Assembly (NCBI RefSeq): GCF_036275555.1
Contig: NZ_DASUDO010000048.1
Location: 30,665 to 94,664 of the forward strand
Source of the DNA: Arenimonas sp.
GTDB taxonomy: Bacteria > Pseudomonadota > Gammaproteobacteria > Xanthomonadales > Xanthomonadaceae
Direction: 5' to 3'
DNA: 64,000 nucleotides
Part shown: one piece after another, positions 15,731-26,668 of the stretch
How the letters are laid out: every line of letters begins with the position of its first letter
How positions within the stretch are numbered: the first letter of the stretch is position 1
Translations under genes and position numbers: made by a program
The notes under the pieces: model-generated
Database searches by the model: none
What the model saw: the letters and a program-made list of their open reading frames with translations, nothing else
What the model was told of the DNA's origin: nothing

Positions 15731-15816
15731 AGGAGGTAGTGGGTAGGAGTTAGGAGGTAGTGGGGGCGCCGGACGCGCGGCTCTTACTACCTCCTAACTC
15801 CTAATCACTACCTCCT
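15731..15816. repeat. Long imperfect hairpin built from heptamer-like units (TAGGAGT/TAGGAGG/TAGTGGG)
   Basis: 36-bp arms at 15731-15766 and 15781-15816 with a 14-nt loop; most mismatches are G-U compatible. Confidence 0.8.
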
Positions 15817-15854
15817 GAAGCAATCCCCAAAATGTCACGAAGGGCAGGCAAAAA

Positions 15855-15871
15855 TGCACCAAAACGGTGAT
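15855..15871 (+). promoter_or_regulatory. NtrC enhancer site upstream of glnA
   Basis: TGCACCAAAACGGTGAT against consensus TGCACCA-N3-TGGTGCA. Confidence 0.7.
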
Positions 15872-15904
15872 AACGCATCCGGGGAGAACAGACTAAGTTT
15901 TATT

Positions 15905-15917
15905 AATCAATAAGTTG
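15905..15917 (+). promoter_or_regulatory. IHF binding site
   Basis: AATCAATAAGTTG matches WATCAANNNNTTR exactly, with an AT tract upstream; lies between the enhancer and the sigma54 promoter. Confidence 0.75.
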
Positions 15918-15932
15918 GGGTAATGCCCGGCT

Positions 15933-15948
15933 TGGCACGCCCTTTGCA
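15933..15948 (+). promoter_or_regulatory. sigma54 -24/-12 promoter of glnA
   Basis: TGGCACGCCCTTTGCA, GG-N10-GC. Confidence 0.9.
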
Positions 15949-15985
15949 ACCCACCAGCCATCCCACCCCACCCGGAGCCACCCGC

Positions 15986-17395
15986 ATGTCGCTCGCCCAT
16001 ATCGAAAAGATGATCAAGGACCACGAGATCGAGTTCGTGGACCTGCGTTTCACCGACCCCCGCGGCGTCCAGCACCACGTCACCTTCCCGGCCACCATCG
16101 TCGAGCCCGGCCTGTTCGAGGACGGCAAGATGTTCGACGGCTCGTCGATCTCGGGCTGGCGCGGCATCAACGAGTCGGACATGGTGCTGCTGCCGGATCC
16201 GGACACCGCGGTCATCGACCCGTTCACCGCCGACCCGACCCTGATCCTGACCTGCGACGTGCTCGACCCGGCCACGATGCAGGGCTACTCGCGCTGCCCG
16301 CGCGGCATCGCCAAGCGCGCCGAGGCCTTCCTCAAGGCCTCCGGTATCGCCGAGCAGGCCTTCTTCGGCCCGGAGCCCGAGTTCTTCATCTTCGACTCGG
16401 TGCGCTTCGGCAACGACATGGGCCACACCTTCTTCGAGGTGGATTCCGAAGAGGCCGCGTGGAACAGCAAGAAGAAGTACGAGGGCGGCAACAGCGGCTA
16501 CCGCCCGGGCGTCAAGGGCGGCTACTTCCCGGTCGCGCCGACCGACCAGCTGCACGACATCCGCGCCGAGATGTGCAAGCTGCTGATGGCCGCCGGCCAG
16601 GAAGTGGAAGTGCACCACCACGAAGTGGCCAACGCCGGCCAGTGCGAGATCGGCACCAAGTTCAACTCGCTGGTGAAGAAGTCCGACGAGCTGCAGATGC
16701 TCAAGTACATCGTCAAGAACGTCGCGCACCGCAACGGCAAGACCGCCACCTTCATGCCCAAGCCGCTGGTGGGTGACAACGGCAGCGGCATGCACGTGCA
16801 CCAGAGCCTGGCCAAGGGCGGCGTGAACCTGTTCACCGGCGACGGCTACGGCGGCCTGAGCCAGATCGCGCTGTGGTACATCGGCGGCGTGTTCAAGCAC
16901 GCGCGCGCCATCAACGCCTTCTCCAACTCGACCACCAACAGCTACAAGCGCCTGGTGCCGGGCTTCGAGGCGCCGGTGATGCTGGCCTACTCGGCCTCGA
17001 ACCGCTCGGCGTCCTGCCGCATCCCGTACGTGGCCAACCCGAAGGCGCGCCGCATCGAGATCCGCTTCCCGGATCCGATGAACTCCGGCTACCTGATCTT
17101 CGCCGCGCTGATGATGGCCGGCCTGGACGGCATCAAGAACAAGATCGACCCGGGCGCGCCGAGCAACAAGGACCTCTACGACCTGCCGCCGGAAGAAGAG
17201 AAGAACATCCCGACCGTCTGCCACAGCCTCGACCAGGCGCTGGACGCGCTGGACAAGGACCGCGACTTCCTGAAGGCCGGCGGCGTGATGAGCGACGACT
17301 TCATCGACGGCTACATCGCGCTGAAGATGCAGGAAGTGACCAAGTTCCGCGCGGCCACGCATCCGCTTGAGTACCAGATGTACTACGGCATCTGA
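15986..17395 (+). CDS. glnA: Glutamine synthetase type I
   Basis: [34 protein letters not shown] and adenylylation site DLYDLPPEE; GGAG SD. Confidence 0.98.
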   Translation: MSLAHIEKMIKDHEIEFVDLRFTDPRGVQHHVTFPATIVEPGLFEDGKMFDGSSISGWRGINESDMVLLPDPDTAVIDPFTADPTLILTCDVLDPATMQGYSRCPRGIAKRAEAFLKASGIAEQAFFGPEPEFFIFDSVRFGNDMGHTFFEVDSEEAAWNSKKKYEGGNSGYRPGVKGGYFPVAPTDQLHDIRAEMCKLLMAAGQEVEVHHHEVANAGQCEIGTKFNSLVKKSDELQMLKYIVKNVAHRNGKTATFMPKPLVGDNGSGMHVHQSLAKGGVNLFTGDGYGGLSQIALWYIGGVFKHARAINAFSNSTTNSYKRLVPGFEAPVMLAYSASNRSASCRIPYVANPKARRIEIRFPDPMNSGYLIFAALMMAGLDGIKNKIDPGAPSNKDLYDLPPEEEKNIPTVCHSLDQALDALDKDRDFLKAGGVMSDDFIDGYIALKMQEVTKFRAATHPLEYQMYYGI

Positions 17396-17421
17396 GTCGC
17401 GGCAGTTCGCGTCGCAAGGCC

Positions 17422-17452
17422 ACGGCCCGGGGAAACCCGGGCCGTTTCTTTT
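17422..17452 (+). terminator. Rho-independent terminator of glnA
   Basis: ACGGCCCGGG-GAAA-CCCGGGCCGT followed by TTCTTTT. Confidence 0.85.
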
Positions 17453-17467
17453 GGTGCCGGCCTGGCG

Positions 17468-18625
17468 TCAGCGGCCCGGCACCCGGCAGCAGCGGCGCAC
17501 GGCGCTGATCGTCGAATCGGAGGTGCCGCCGTTGCGTACGCGGCAGGAGCCGCCGAGCCGCAAGCTGGAGTATTCCAGCGTCATGGAAGGGCCACTGGTT
17601 TCGCAGTCCAGGTTGACCTCCGTGTAGCCCACCGGGCAGGACGGCGAGAAGACCGTGGCGGTCTGGCCCGCGCCGACCGAAATCGTGCCCGCGCCGCCAG
17701 ACACGCACGACAGCGAGGTCGTGCGCGGCGGTGCGAAGTAACCGACGACGTCGACCACGTAGTGGGATTCGGCGAAGGTGTAGATCGACACATCCAGGGA
17801 CGATGCCGGGTTGGGCACCTTGCTGATGATGCTGTTGTTGACGATGTCGCCGCCGGCGTAGTTCACGCTCGCGGCAAGTGGCTGCACCGTGCCGTGCGGG
17901 AACACCGTGGCGAAACCCGCCTGGGCCGGCCTCGCGGCGGTGACGTTGAGCACGACGGCGCTGGGCACCTCGCCCTGCAGGCCGCAGTTGCCGGCATCGC
18001 CGCCCTGGCTGGCGTAACTGGCGGCGCCCGCGACCTCGAAGCTCCGTACCTGGGCGGCGCCGATCACGCCCCCCGCCACCCGGGTATCGACGATGCGGCA
18101 GGGCTGGATCGGGTTGTAAACCAGGTCCTCGCCCAGCGCGCCCAGGGCCTGGCCGATGTCCGGGGCCGGGCCTGCGGCGGCGAGGGCATCGATGATTTGT
18201 CCGTCGTCCACGCGATGGCCTACGCCACCCAGCGCCGCCAGCGCGCCCTCGAAGGTGTCGCGGCGCATCGCTTCGCGCAGGTTGTCGGCATCGCCCTGCG
18301 CGAACGTCGCCGCCATGTGGGCTTGCCACCCGTCCAAGTCGACGCCGTGGACCTCGCTGGCATAGCCGCCCCATGTCGCCACGAAGCGCCGGGCCAGTTC
18401 GGCGCGCTCGGCGGGCGTGGCGGCGCCGGTGCCGGCCACCAGGCTCGTGCCGGCCGTGCGCGCCGGGGCTTCCGCCAGAGCGAGTGCCGGGAAGGCGGAG
18501 GCGGCAAGCCATGCGGCGACCAGCGCGGCGCGGCGCAAGAACACGGGCGTGTGCGCATTGCGTGGCGACGTGGCGCCTACGGTTGCGGCGGGCTTGCGCC
18601 CGGCGGGCGTGGACGAAGAGGACAT
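17468..18625 (-). CDS. Secreted hypothetical protein with a beta-sandwich domain and Cys-rich C-terminal head
   Basis: Signal-like LRRAALVAAWLAASAFPALALA; domain PCRIVDTR...VVLNVTA...YVVDVVGYF; six Cys in the last ~80 aa; start uncertain. Confidence 0.7.
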   Translation of the reverse strand: MSSSSTPAGRKPAATVGATSPRNAHTPVFLRRAALVAAWLAASAFPALALAEAPARTAGTSLVAGTGAATPAERAELARRFVATWGGYASEVHGVDLDGWQAHMAATFAQGDADNLREAMRRDTFEGALAALGGVGHRVDDGQIIDALAAAGPAPDIGQALGALGEDLVYNPIQPCRIVDTRVAGGVIGAAQVRSFEVAGAASYASQGGDAGNCGLQGEVPSAVVLNVTAARPAQAGFATVFPHGTVQPLAASVNYAGGDIVNNSIISKVPNPASSLDVSIYTFAESHYVVDVVGYFAPPRTTSLSCVSGGAGTISVGAGQTATVFSPSCPVGYTEVNLDCETSGPSMTLEYSSLRLGGSCRVRNGGTSDSTISAVRRCCRVPGR

Positions 18626-18839
18626 GCAGGTGGCTTCCGTGGCGAAGGGGGGCTTGCCGGGGCCGGCGAGCGGCGGACACGGCGGCCGGCCAAGCCTAAG
18701 TGCCGGCGCCGCGCTTGTCACACGCGCGCGGTCACGACGACCCCGCGGCCGGCATGCGGCGCTGCACCACGCCGGCCGAGAGGGAATCTGTAATATCCGG
18801 GTAGGAAACTTCGTACCAACTTCTGGGGAGAAAGCGTAC

Positions 18840-20507
18840 GTGACTATCCGGACCCTGCGGCTTCTGCCGCTGCTCTTGCTGTGCCCGACGCTCGCCCAGG
18901 CCGGTGCCTGGATCAACGAGATCCACTACGACAACGCCGGCACCGACACCGGTGAACGCATCGAGGTCGCCGGCGACGCGGGCACCTCGCTCGCCGGCTG
19001 GACCCTTCACTTCTACAACGGCGCCGACCGAACGGTGTACGCCACGCGCAGCCTGTCGGGCACGCTGGGTGCTACCTGCGGCGCGTTCGGGTTCGCCAGC
19101 GTGGACGGCGCCGGCCTGCAGAACGGTGCGCCCGACGGCGTCGCGCTCACCAACGCGTCCGGCGCGCTGGTGCAGTTCCTGAGCTACGAAGGCAGCTTCA
19201 AGGGGGCCAACGGCCCGGCGCGCAACATTACGTCCACGAACATCGGCGTGTCCGAAACCGAGGCCACGCCGGTCGGCCACTCGCTTCAGCTGGGCGGCAG
19301 CGGCACCCAGTACGCGAACTTCACCTGGCGCGCGGCCGCGGCCTCCAGCTTCGGCACCTGCAACGTCGCGCAGACCTTCCCGGTGCCGGACCTGGCGCCG
19401 ACCGTCACCGCGACCTCGCCGGCCGACGGCAGCGGCTCGGTCGCGCTGGACGCCAACCTGTCGATCACGTTCTCCGAGCCGGTGACGCTGGCCAGCGGCG
19501 CGGTGCTGCTGGCCTGCGACAGCGGCGGCAGCGTCGCGGTCGCCACCAGCGGCGGCCCGACCCAGTTCACGGTGGACCCGCAGACCAGCCTGCCGGGCCT
19601 CTCGGACTGCATCGCCGACGTCGTCGCCAGCCGCGTCACCGACCGCGACGGCACGCCGACGCCGATGGCCGCGAACTACAGCTTCGTCTTCACCACGGCC
19701 GCGGTGCCGGGCCTGGACTATTACTCGGGCGTGAGCACGACTAGCGCCTCCGCCATGCGCAGCAGCCTGCACGCGCTGATCGACGACCACCAGCGCTTCC
19801 CGTACACCTCCACGGCCACCGACACCTGGGACGTCCTGGAGTACGCCGACGAAGACCCGACCAACCCGGGCCGCATCCTCGACGTGTACCGCAACGCCAG
19901 CTACGCGAAGTCGGCCGGCGGCAACACCGAGTACAACCGCGAGCACACCTGGCCCAAGAGCTACGGCTTCACCAACGACGGCAGCGGCAACTACCCGTAC
20001 ACCGACACGCACATGCTGTTCCTGTCGGATTCGGGCTACAACAGCTCGCGCGGCAACAAGCCCTATGCCGATTGCCTCAGCAACTGCGTCGAGAAGGTGA
20101 CGGTGGCCAACGCCGGCGCGGGCGGCGGCAGCGGCGTGTTCCCGGGCAACTCGAACTGGTACGACACCACGTACTGGCAGACCTGGGGCGACCGCAAGGG
20201 CGACGTCGCGCGCGCGCTGCTGTACATGGACGTGCGCTACGAGGGCGGCACCCACGGCGTCACCGGCGTGGCCGAGCCGAACCTGATCCTCACCGACGAC
20301 CCCGGCCTGATCCAGGCCTCCAGCAGCAACCTCAGCGTCGCCTACATGGGCCGCCTGGCCGACCTGCTGCGCTGGCACGCCGAGGATCCGGTGGACGAGA
20401 AGGAAATCCTGCGCAACGAAGCGGTCTACACCTACCAGGGCAACCGCAACCCGTTCATCGACCACCCGGAGTGGGTGGCCTGCGTGTTCCAGGGCGTCTG
20501 CCCCTGA
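18840..20507 (+). CDS. Extracellular endonuclease I family nuclease with lamin-tail-like and Ig-like (Big_5) domains
   Basis: GTG start with GGAG SD; signal peptide; WINEIHYDN; PTVTATSP..ITFSEPV; NREHTWPKS, NSSRGN, KGDVARALLYM and QGNRNPFIDHPE. Confidence 0.88.
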   Translation: MTIRTLRLLPLLLLCPTLAQAGAWINEIHYDNAGTDTGERIEVAGDAGTSLAGWTLHFYNGADRTVYATRSLSGTLGATCGAFGFASVDGAGLQNGAPDGVALTNASGALVQFLSYEGSFKGANGPARNITSTNIGVSETEATPVGHSLQLGGSGTQYANFTWRAAAASSFGTCNVAQTFPVPDLAPTVTATSPADGSGSVALDANLSITFSEPVTLASGAVLLACDSGGSVAVATSGGPTQFTVDPQTSLPGLSDCIADVVASRVTDRDGTPTPMAANYSFVFTTAAVPGLDYYSGVSTTSASAMRSSLHALIDDHQRFPYTSTATDTWDVLEYADEDPTNPGRILDVYRNASYAKSAGGNTEYNREHTWPKSYGFTNDGSGNYPYTDTHMLFLSDSGYNSSRGNKPYADCLSNCVEKVTVANAGAGGGSGVFPGNSNWYDTTYWQTWGDRKGDVARALLYMDVRYEGGTHGVTGVAEPNLILTDDPGLIQASSSNLSVAYMGRLADLLRWHAEDPVDEKEILRNEAVYTYQGNRNPFIDHPEWVACVFQGVCP

Positions 20508-20613
20508 ACCCGCGCGCGGCGGGTGGCCACGGGCCGCCTGCCGCGCAACCGCCGGGCGCCGCCGTCGAGACCCGTTCTCGCGGCCGGCGCGACGTCTGCA
20601 CTATCCTGCGGCG

Positions 20614-21657
20614 ATGCCCGACGCCCCGCCGCCCGCGCCGCCCACCCTCGACAGCCTGGCCACGCCCGTGGCCTGGCTCGACGCCGAGGGTCGGGTGCTG
20701 GGCTGCAATCCCGCCTTCGCGAGCTGGCTGGGTGTCAGCGCGCGGCGTCTGGTGGGCATGGCATTCCCCGAGTTCGACGCCGAGGGCGACCGCGTGGCCG
20801 GCCTGCTGCCGCGGCTGCTGCCCACTGGCGAGCCGCTCCGGGTGCGCCGCGCACGCCTGGCTTTTCCCGGCAACGCCGAGCGCTTCGCCGATGTCTGGCT
20901 GGCGCGTACCGAGGACGGCGGCCTCCGCCTCGAGGCGCATCCCGCCGATGAATTCCCGGGCGAGGACCCCGCCACCGCGCTGCCCGCCGCTCTCTCCGCC
21001 GCGCTGAAAGGCCTGGCGCACGAGATCCGCAACCCGCTCGCCGGCATGAAGGGCGCCGCGCAATTGCTCGGCCGTCGCGTCGAGAGCGACGACGCGCGCG
21101 AGCTGGTCGACCTGATCGGCAGCGAAGTCGATCGCCTCGCCGCGCTGGTCGATCGCCTGCTCAATCCGGCGCCGCCGCGCGATTTCGAGCCCACCAACAT
21201 CCACGCCGTGCTCGAGCGCGTGCGCGCGCTGGCCGAGACGGAGGCCGGCTGGTCGGTGAAGCTGGTGCGCGACTTCGATCCTTCGCTGCCCGAATTCCCC
21301 GGCGACGCCGACCGCCTGTCGCAGGCGCTGTGGAACCTGGTGCGCAACGCGCTCGAATCCGGCGCCTCGCAGGTGTGGCTGCGCACGCGCGCCGAGCACC
21401 ACGTGCTGATCGGCGACACCGCGCACCGCCTCGCGGTGCGCGTGGAGATCGCCGACGACGGCCGCGGCGTGCCCGACGACCTGGCCGAGCGCATCTTCCT
21501 GCCGCTGGTCAGCGGCCGCGCCGAAGGCAGCGGCCTCGGCCTGCCGCTGGCCCAGCAGGTGGCGCGCGAACACCGCGGCTCGCTCGGCTACCGCTCGCGC
21601 CCGGGCCACACCGTATTCACCCTGCTGCTGCCGGTCCCTGACGCCGGCGAAGACTGA
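20614..21657 (+). CDS. ntrB: Nitrogen regulation sensor kinase NtrB
   Basis: PAS domain, LAHEIRNPL H-box, NLVRNA, DDGRG, IFLPLVSGR and GSGLGL. Confidence 0.93.
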   Translation: MPDAPPPAPPTLDSLATPVAWLDAEGRVLGCNPAFASWLGVSARRLVGMAFPEFDAEGDRVAGLLPRLLPTGEPLRVRRARLAFPGNAERFADVWLARTEDGGLRLEAHPADEFPGEDPATALPAALSAALKGLAHEIRNPLAGMKGAAQLLGRRVESDDARELVDLIGSEVDRLAALVDRLLNPAPPRDFEPTNIHAVLERVRALAETEAGWSVKLVRDFDPSLPEFPGDADRLSQALWNLVRNALESGASQVWLRTRAEHHVLIGDTAHRLAVRVEIADDGRGVPDDLAERIFLPLVSGRAEGSGLGLPLAQQVAREHRGSLGYRSRPGHTVFTLLLPVPDAGED

Positions 21658-21665
21658 CGGGTCGC

Positions 21666-22373
21666 TCAGCCGTAGCTGAATTCCAGCAGAGACTGGTCCA
21701 CCTGCCAGGTCACCCGCGCGGGCTGCACGGACAGCCACAGGCGCTTGGGTTCGCCGACGGGTTTCCTGCCGACGAAGCCGGCGGGCGAGAGCAGGGCCAC
21801 GCAGCCGCCGTGGTCCGGGTGGCGCACCGAGGCGTAGCGGATGGCGCCGATGTCCGCGGCGCGCGCCGCGCGTGCCAGCGCCTGGCAGTCGCGGTAATCG
21901 CCGGGGTTCATCCATTTCGCGGCGTCGCGCGCCAGCGGCGGTTCGCGCGTGTCGATGGTGGTCGCGCGCAGCGAGGCCTGGAAGGCGGTGTGCACCACCG
22001 GCGGCAGCCGCGACATCGCGCTGGCGTCGCGCAGGAAGCGCCAGCGCCAGTAGCCGAGTTCGGCGCAGGCCGTGGGCAGCGCGTCGGCGCCGTAGAACAC
22101 GCCCGGCTCGCCGCCGGCGCGGAAGCGCGAGCCACCCGGCAGCGGCGGGTAGCGGAAGGGCGTGGACAGCAGGTAGTGAAGCGGCTTCGCGGCCGCCGGC
22201 AGGGGCGGCTTGGCGGCGTCGAGCAGGGCCTCGAGCACTACCTGTTCGGCGGCGGTGTCCACCAGCTTCATCGTCGAGGCCACGCGCTGGTCCTCGACCA
22301 CGCGCCAGGCGCGGCCGTGCCAGGGGCGGGCCTCAGACGCGAGCGCGGTGGGCGTCCAGGTAATCGGTGACAT
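21666..22373 (-). CDS. RES-domain toxin (NAD+ phosphorylase family)
   Basis: WRVVE (R), TPFRY, GSRFR, VFYG..TACAE (E) and IRYASVR (S). Confidence 0.9.
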   Translation of the reverse strand: MSPITWTPTALASEARPWHGRAWRVVEDQRVASTMKLVDTAAEQVVLEALLDAAKPPLPAAAKPLHYLLSTPFRYPPLPGGSRFRAGGEPGVFYGADALPTACAELGYWRWRFLRDASAMSRLPPVVHTAFQASLRATTIDTREPPLARDAAKWMNPGDYRDCQALARAARAADIGAIRYASVRHPDHGGCVALLSPAGFVGRKPVGEPKRLWLSVQPARVTWQVDQSLLEFSYG

Positions 22374-22710
22374 GGACCAGGCCGCGGGTCTCGAGGATGA
22401 GTTCGCGCGGGACGCCGTTGAGCCCGGCGTTGTCGCTGGCCAGCCAGGCGCGCGCGGCCTCGGTGCTGCCGACGATGGAATCGAGCGAACGGAACAGCCG
22501 CAGCAGCAGCAGGGCCAGCTCGCCCGGCTTGCTGCCGGGGTCGAGCCGGTACTGGCCCTGGTAGAGGCGGGTGACCGTGGCCTGGCTCAGGCCAAGCACG
22601 CGGCCGAGGGTGGCCTTGCTCAGGCCGAGCTGGTCGGCGGCGCGGGTGACGGCCTTGGCCAGCACGGCGTCGCGGTCGGGCTCGGGCAGTCGGACGGGGA
22701 TCCGGGACAT
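22333..22710 (-). CDS. Xre/MbcA/ParS family antitoxin
   Basis: HTH LGRVLGLSQATVTR plus C-terminal AARAWLASDNAGLNGVPRELI; lies upstream of and overlaps the RES gene; GGAGG SD. Confidence 0.9.
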   Translation of the reverse strand: MSRIPVRLPEPDRDAVLAKAVTRAADQLGLSKATLGRVLGLSQATVTRLYQGQYRLDPGSKPGELALLLLRLFRSLDSIVGSTEAARAWLASDNAGLNGVPRELILETRGLVHVTDYLDAHRARV

Positions 22711-22720
22711 GGCGCCTCCT

Positions 22721-22759
22721 TTCCAATGGAAGGATAAGCCATGAAAATTTCTGGTGCAA
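22721..22759 (-). promoter_or_regulatory. sigma70 promoter and palindromic operator of the xre-RES operon
   Basis: TTGCAC-N17-TATCCT on the minus strand, immediately followed by the palindrome TTCCA-T-TGGAA. Confidence 0.65.
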
Positions 22760-22766
22760 TCAGGCC

Positions 22767-23357
22767 CTACTTGAGCTGGGACCAGAGGTAAAAGCCGCCG
22801 AGGGCGACGAAGACGAGGATGGGAACGATCAACTGCTTCAGCATTTCCCTGGCCGCCCCGCGGCGGGCCGGCGCAGCGGGCGGGTAGTGCTGGGCAACAT
22901 AGGCCTCCACGTCCCCGGCCAGTTTCGCCGGCGAGCCACGCCGATCAACGTGGAGGTCGTCCAGCGGGGCGCCGGGTCCCCAGCTCTCGTCCGGTGGGAG
23001 AAGTTCATCTTCGATCAACAGCCAGGCCCGGTAGCGGCGCCCCATGACCTCGTGGACCAGCGTGACCGTTTGGGCGGACAAGGCGCCTTGCGCGCCGAAC
23101 GCCAGCAGCGTGTCTCCGGCCCCGGCGGCACCGTCCGGCAGCTCCGCCAGGTCGAGTTCGGCCAGCGACTGGACCGCATAGCGGAATCCGCTCGGCTGCC
23201 CGTCGACGCTCACTGGCACCCAGCCCTCGATGTTCTGGTCCAGGGCGAAGTCCGCGGGGAAAGCCATGATTACGCCGGTTTCCGCGATGTCAGCGGCCAA
23301 CTGTGCCGCCGTGGGCAGCGCGGCCCTGCGAACGATCAAGGCGCTGTCGATGCTCAT
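22767..23357 (-). CDS. Hypothetical protein with a C-terminal transmembrane anchor
   Basis: 196-aa ORF with GAGAG upstream and atypical codon usage; hydrophobic tail LIVPILVFVALGGFYLW. Confidence 0.65.
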   Translation of the reverse strand: MSIDSALIVRRAALPTAAQLAADIAETGVIMAFPADFALDQNIEGWVPVSVDGQPSGFRYAVQSLAELDLAELPDGAAGAGDTLLAFGAQGALSAQTVTLVHEVMGRRYRAWLLIEDELLPPDESWGPGAPLDDLHVDRRGSPAKLAGDVEAYVAQHYPPAAPARRGAAREMLKQLIVPILVFVALGGFYLWSQLK

Positions 23358-23472
23358 GGTGTGCTCTCGATTGGATCCTGGCGCAGAAGTCTATTGAATC
23401 CCCGCGCCAGGCGGCATGGGTTAGGCCCCAGGCGGGCGTGGACCAGGGTGGGTCGCGCTGTCCCTCGCGGCC

Positions 23473-23489
23473 TGCACCTTCTTGGTGCA
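23473..23489. promoter_or_regulatory. NtrC binding site overlapping the putative ntrC -10 box
   Basis: TGCACCTTCTTGGTGCA, near consensus, 10 nt before ATG 23500. Confidence 0.8.
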
Positions 23490-23499
23490 AACTGCGGCG

Positions 23500-24927
<1,428 letters not shown>

Positions 24928-24984
24928 CGCCGGCACCCGCCGGTTTGCGACGATCGCCGGACCCATTCCCCGAGGAGAAGCCGC

Positions 24985-25377
24985 GTGTTCAGCCACGTCA
25001 TGGTCGGTACCAACGATATCGAACGATCCAAGCGTTTTTACGACGCCGTGTTGGGCTTCCTCGGCGCCGGCGCGCCGTTCGAAAACACCTCGGGCACGGG
25101 CCACAAGCGCCTGTTCTATCGCCACGACGGCAGTACTTTCTGCGTCACCGAGCCGATCAACGGCGAGCCCGCCACGATCGCCAACGGCGCCACCCTCGGC
25201 TTCAAGTGCAGCTCGCCCGAGCAGGTTCAGCAGTTCCACGACATCGCGGTGGCGAACGGCGGCACCAGCTGCGAGGGCCCGCCGGGACCGCGCACCAACG
25301 CGATCGGCACGCTTTACCTGAGCTACGTGCGCGACCCGGATGGCAACAAGCTTTGCGCACTGCATCGCCCGGCCTGA
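24985..25377 (+). CDS. VOC/glyoxalase family protein
   Basis: FSHVMVGTND..FYDAVL and YVRDPDGNKL; GAGGAG SD. Confidence 0.88.
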   Translation: MFSHVMVGTNDIERSKRFYDAVLGFLGAGAPFENTSGTGHKRLFYRHDGSTFCVTEPINGEPATIANGATLGFKCSSPEQVQQFHDIAVANGGTSCEGPPGPRTNAIGTLYLSYVRDPDGNKLCALHRPA

Positions 25378-25465
25378 TGCCGCGACGGGCCACCGGCTTT
25401 TGACTCCCTGTTAATGCCCGGGCCGCCAAGCTGCCGGCCCACCTCCGAATTCAGAAGGATCCGAC

Positions 25466-26107
25466 ATGACCCTGACCCGCACCGCGATGCTGCTGGGAAT
25501 CACCCTCGCCCTCGCCGCCTGTGGCCGGGAGGAAGCCCCGGTGGCCGACGCGTCGCCCGCGCCTGCGCCGACGGCCGAGCCGGCACCCGCTGAACCCGCA
25601 CCCGTGGCGACCCAGCTCGCGGCGTCCGCCCGCGCCACGCTGGCCGCGGTGGGCGAGAGCGGCGTCAGCGGCGAACTCGTGTTCGACATCGCCGACGGCG
25701 GCGTGCGCGTCACCGGCACGCTCGCCGGCCTGCAGCCCGGCGCCACGCACGCGCTGCACGTGCACGAATTCGGCGATTGCAGCGCGCCGGATGCGACCAG
25801 CGCGGGCGGCCACTTCAACCCGGGCCAGCAGCCGCACGGCGACCGCGCCACCGGCGGCCCGCACCACGCCGGCGACATCCCGAACCAGACCGCCGGCGAG
25901 AACGGCGAGGCGGCCGTGGACCAGACGCTGGCCGGCCTCGAGATCGCCAGCGGCGGCGCCAACGACATCGTCGGCAAGGGTGTCATCGTCCACGCGCAGG
26001 CCGACGACTACACCACCCAGCCCACCGGCAACGCCGGCGGCCGCATTGCCTGCGGCGTGATCGAGCTGGTCAACGCCCCGCCGGCCGACGCCGGCCCCGC
26101 GGAGTAA
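25466..26107 (+). CDS. sodC: Cu/Zn superoxide dismutase lipoprotein
   Basis: Lipobox LAAC, HALHVHEFGDC, SAGGHFNP, HAGD and GNAGGRIACG. Confidence 0.92.
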   Translation: MTLTRTAMLLGITLALAACGREEAPVADASPAPAPTAEPAPAEPAPVATQLAASARATLAAVGESGVSGELVFDIADGGVRVTGTLAGLQPGATHALHVHEFGDCSAPDATSAGGHFNPGQQPHGDRATGGPHHAGDIPNQTAGENGEAAVDQTLAGLEIASGGANDIVGKGVIVHAQADDYTTQPTGNAGGRIACGVIELVNAPPADAGPAE

Positions 26108-26170
26108 GCCGGAGCGAGCTGCCTGGCGCGCGCCCCGCTAAACTGGGCGCCGCCAGCCTCCGGGAATGCC

Positions 26171-26653
26171 ATGTCCGACATCGCCATCCGCAACGCCACC
26201 GTCGATGACATCGAGCGCATGGCAGATTGGGCCGTCGCCATGGCCTGGGAAACCGAGCAAAAGCGGCTCGACCCGGACACCGTGCGCAAAGGCATCCGCG
26301 CGGTGTTCGACCAGCCCGGCCGCGGCCGCTACTTCATCGCCGAGCGCCACGGCGAAGCCGCCGGCACCCTCATGCTCACCTACGAGTGGAGCGACTGGCG
26401 CAACGGTGACTGGTGGTGGATCCAGAGCGTCTACGTCGCCCCTGGACACCGCCGCCAGGGCGTCTATGCCGCGCTTTACGCGCACGTGAAGCAGGCCGCC
26501 GAAGCCCGCGAGGACGTCTGCGGCCTCCGCCTCTACGTCGAGCACCACAACACCAACGCCCAGCGCACCTACGAGTCGCTGGGCATGGCCGACGCCGGCT
26601 ACAAAATGTACGAAGCCGCGCTGCCCAAGACACGCCCGTCCGTCGTCGAATAG
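26171..26653 (+). CDS. GNAT family N-acetyltransferase
   Basis: EWSDWRNG, VYV..HRRQG and NTNAQRTYESLG. Confidence 0.9.
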   Translation: MSDIAIRNATVDDIERMADWAVAMAWETEQKRLDPDTVRKGIRAVFDQPGRGRYFIAERHGEAAGTLMLTYEWSDWRNGDWWWIQSVYVAPGHRRQGVYAALYAHVKQAAEAREDVCGLRLYVEHHNTNAQRTYESLGMADAGYKMYEAALPKTRPSVVE

Positions 26654-26668
26654 GATCCGAGCCTTCCC

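Noticed and set aside
18715-18736. GTCAC direct repeat as a Pho box upstream of the nuclease
   Set aside because: Spacing is 13 bp rather than 11 and the match is weak.
23420-23426. GTTAGGC (also GTTGGAC at 26921) as an integron att core next to accessory genes
   Set aside because: No matching RYYYAAC arm, no attC hairpin and no integrase.
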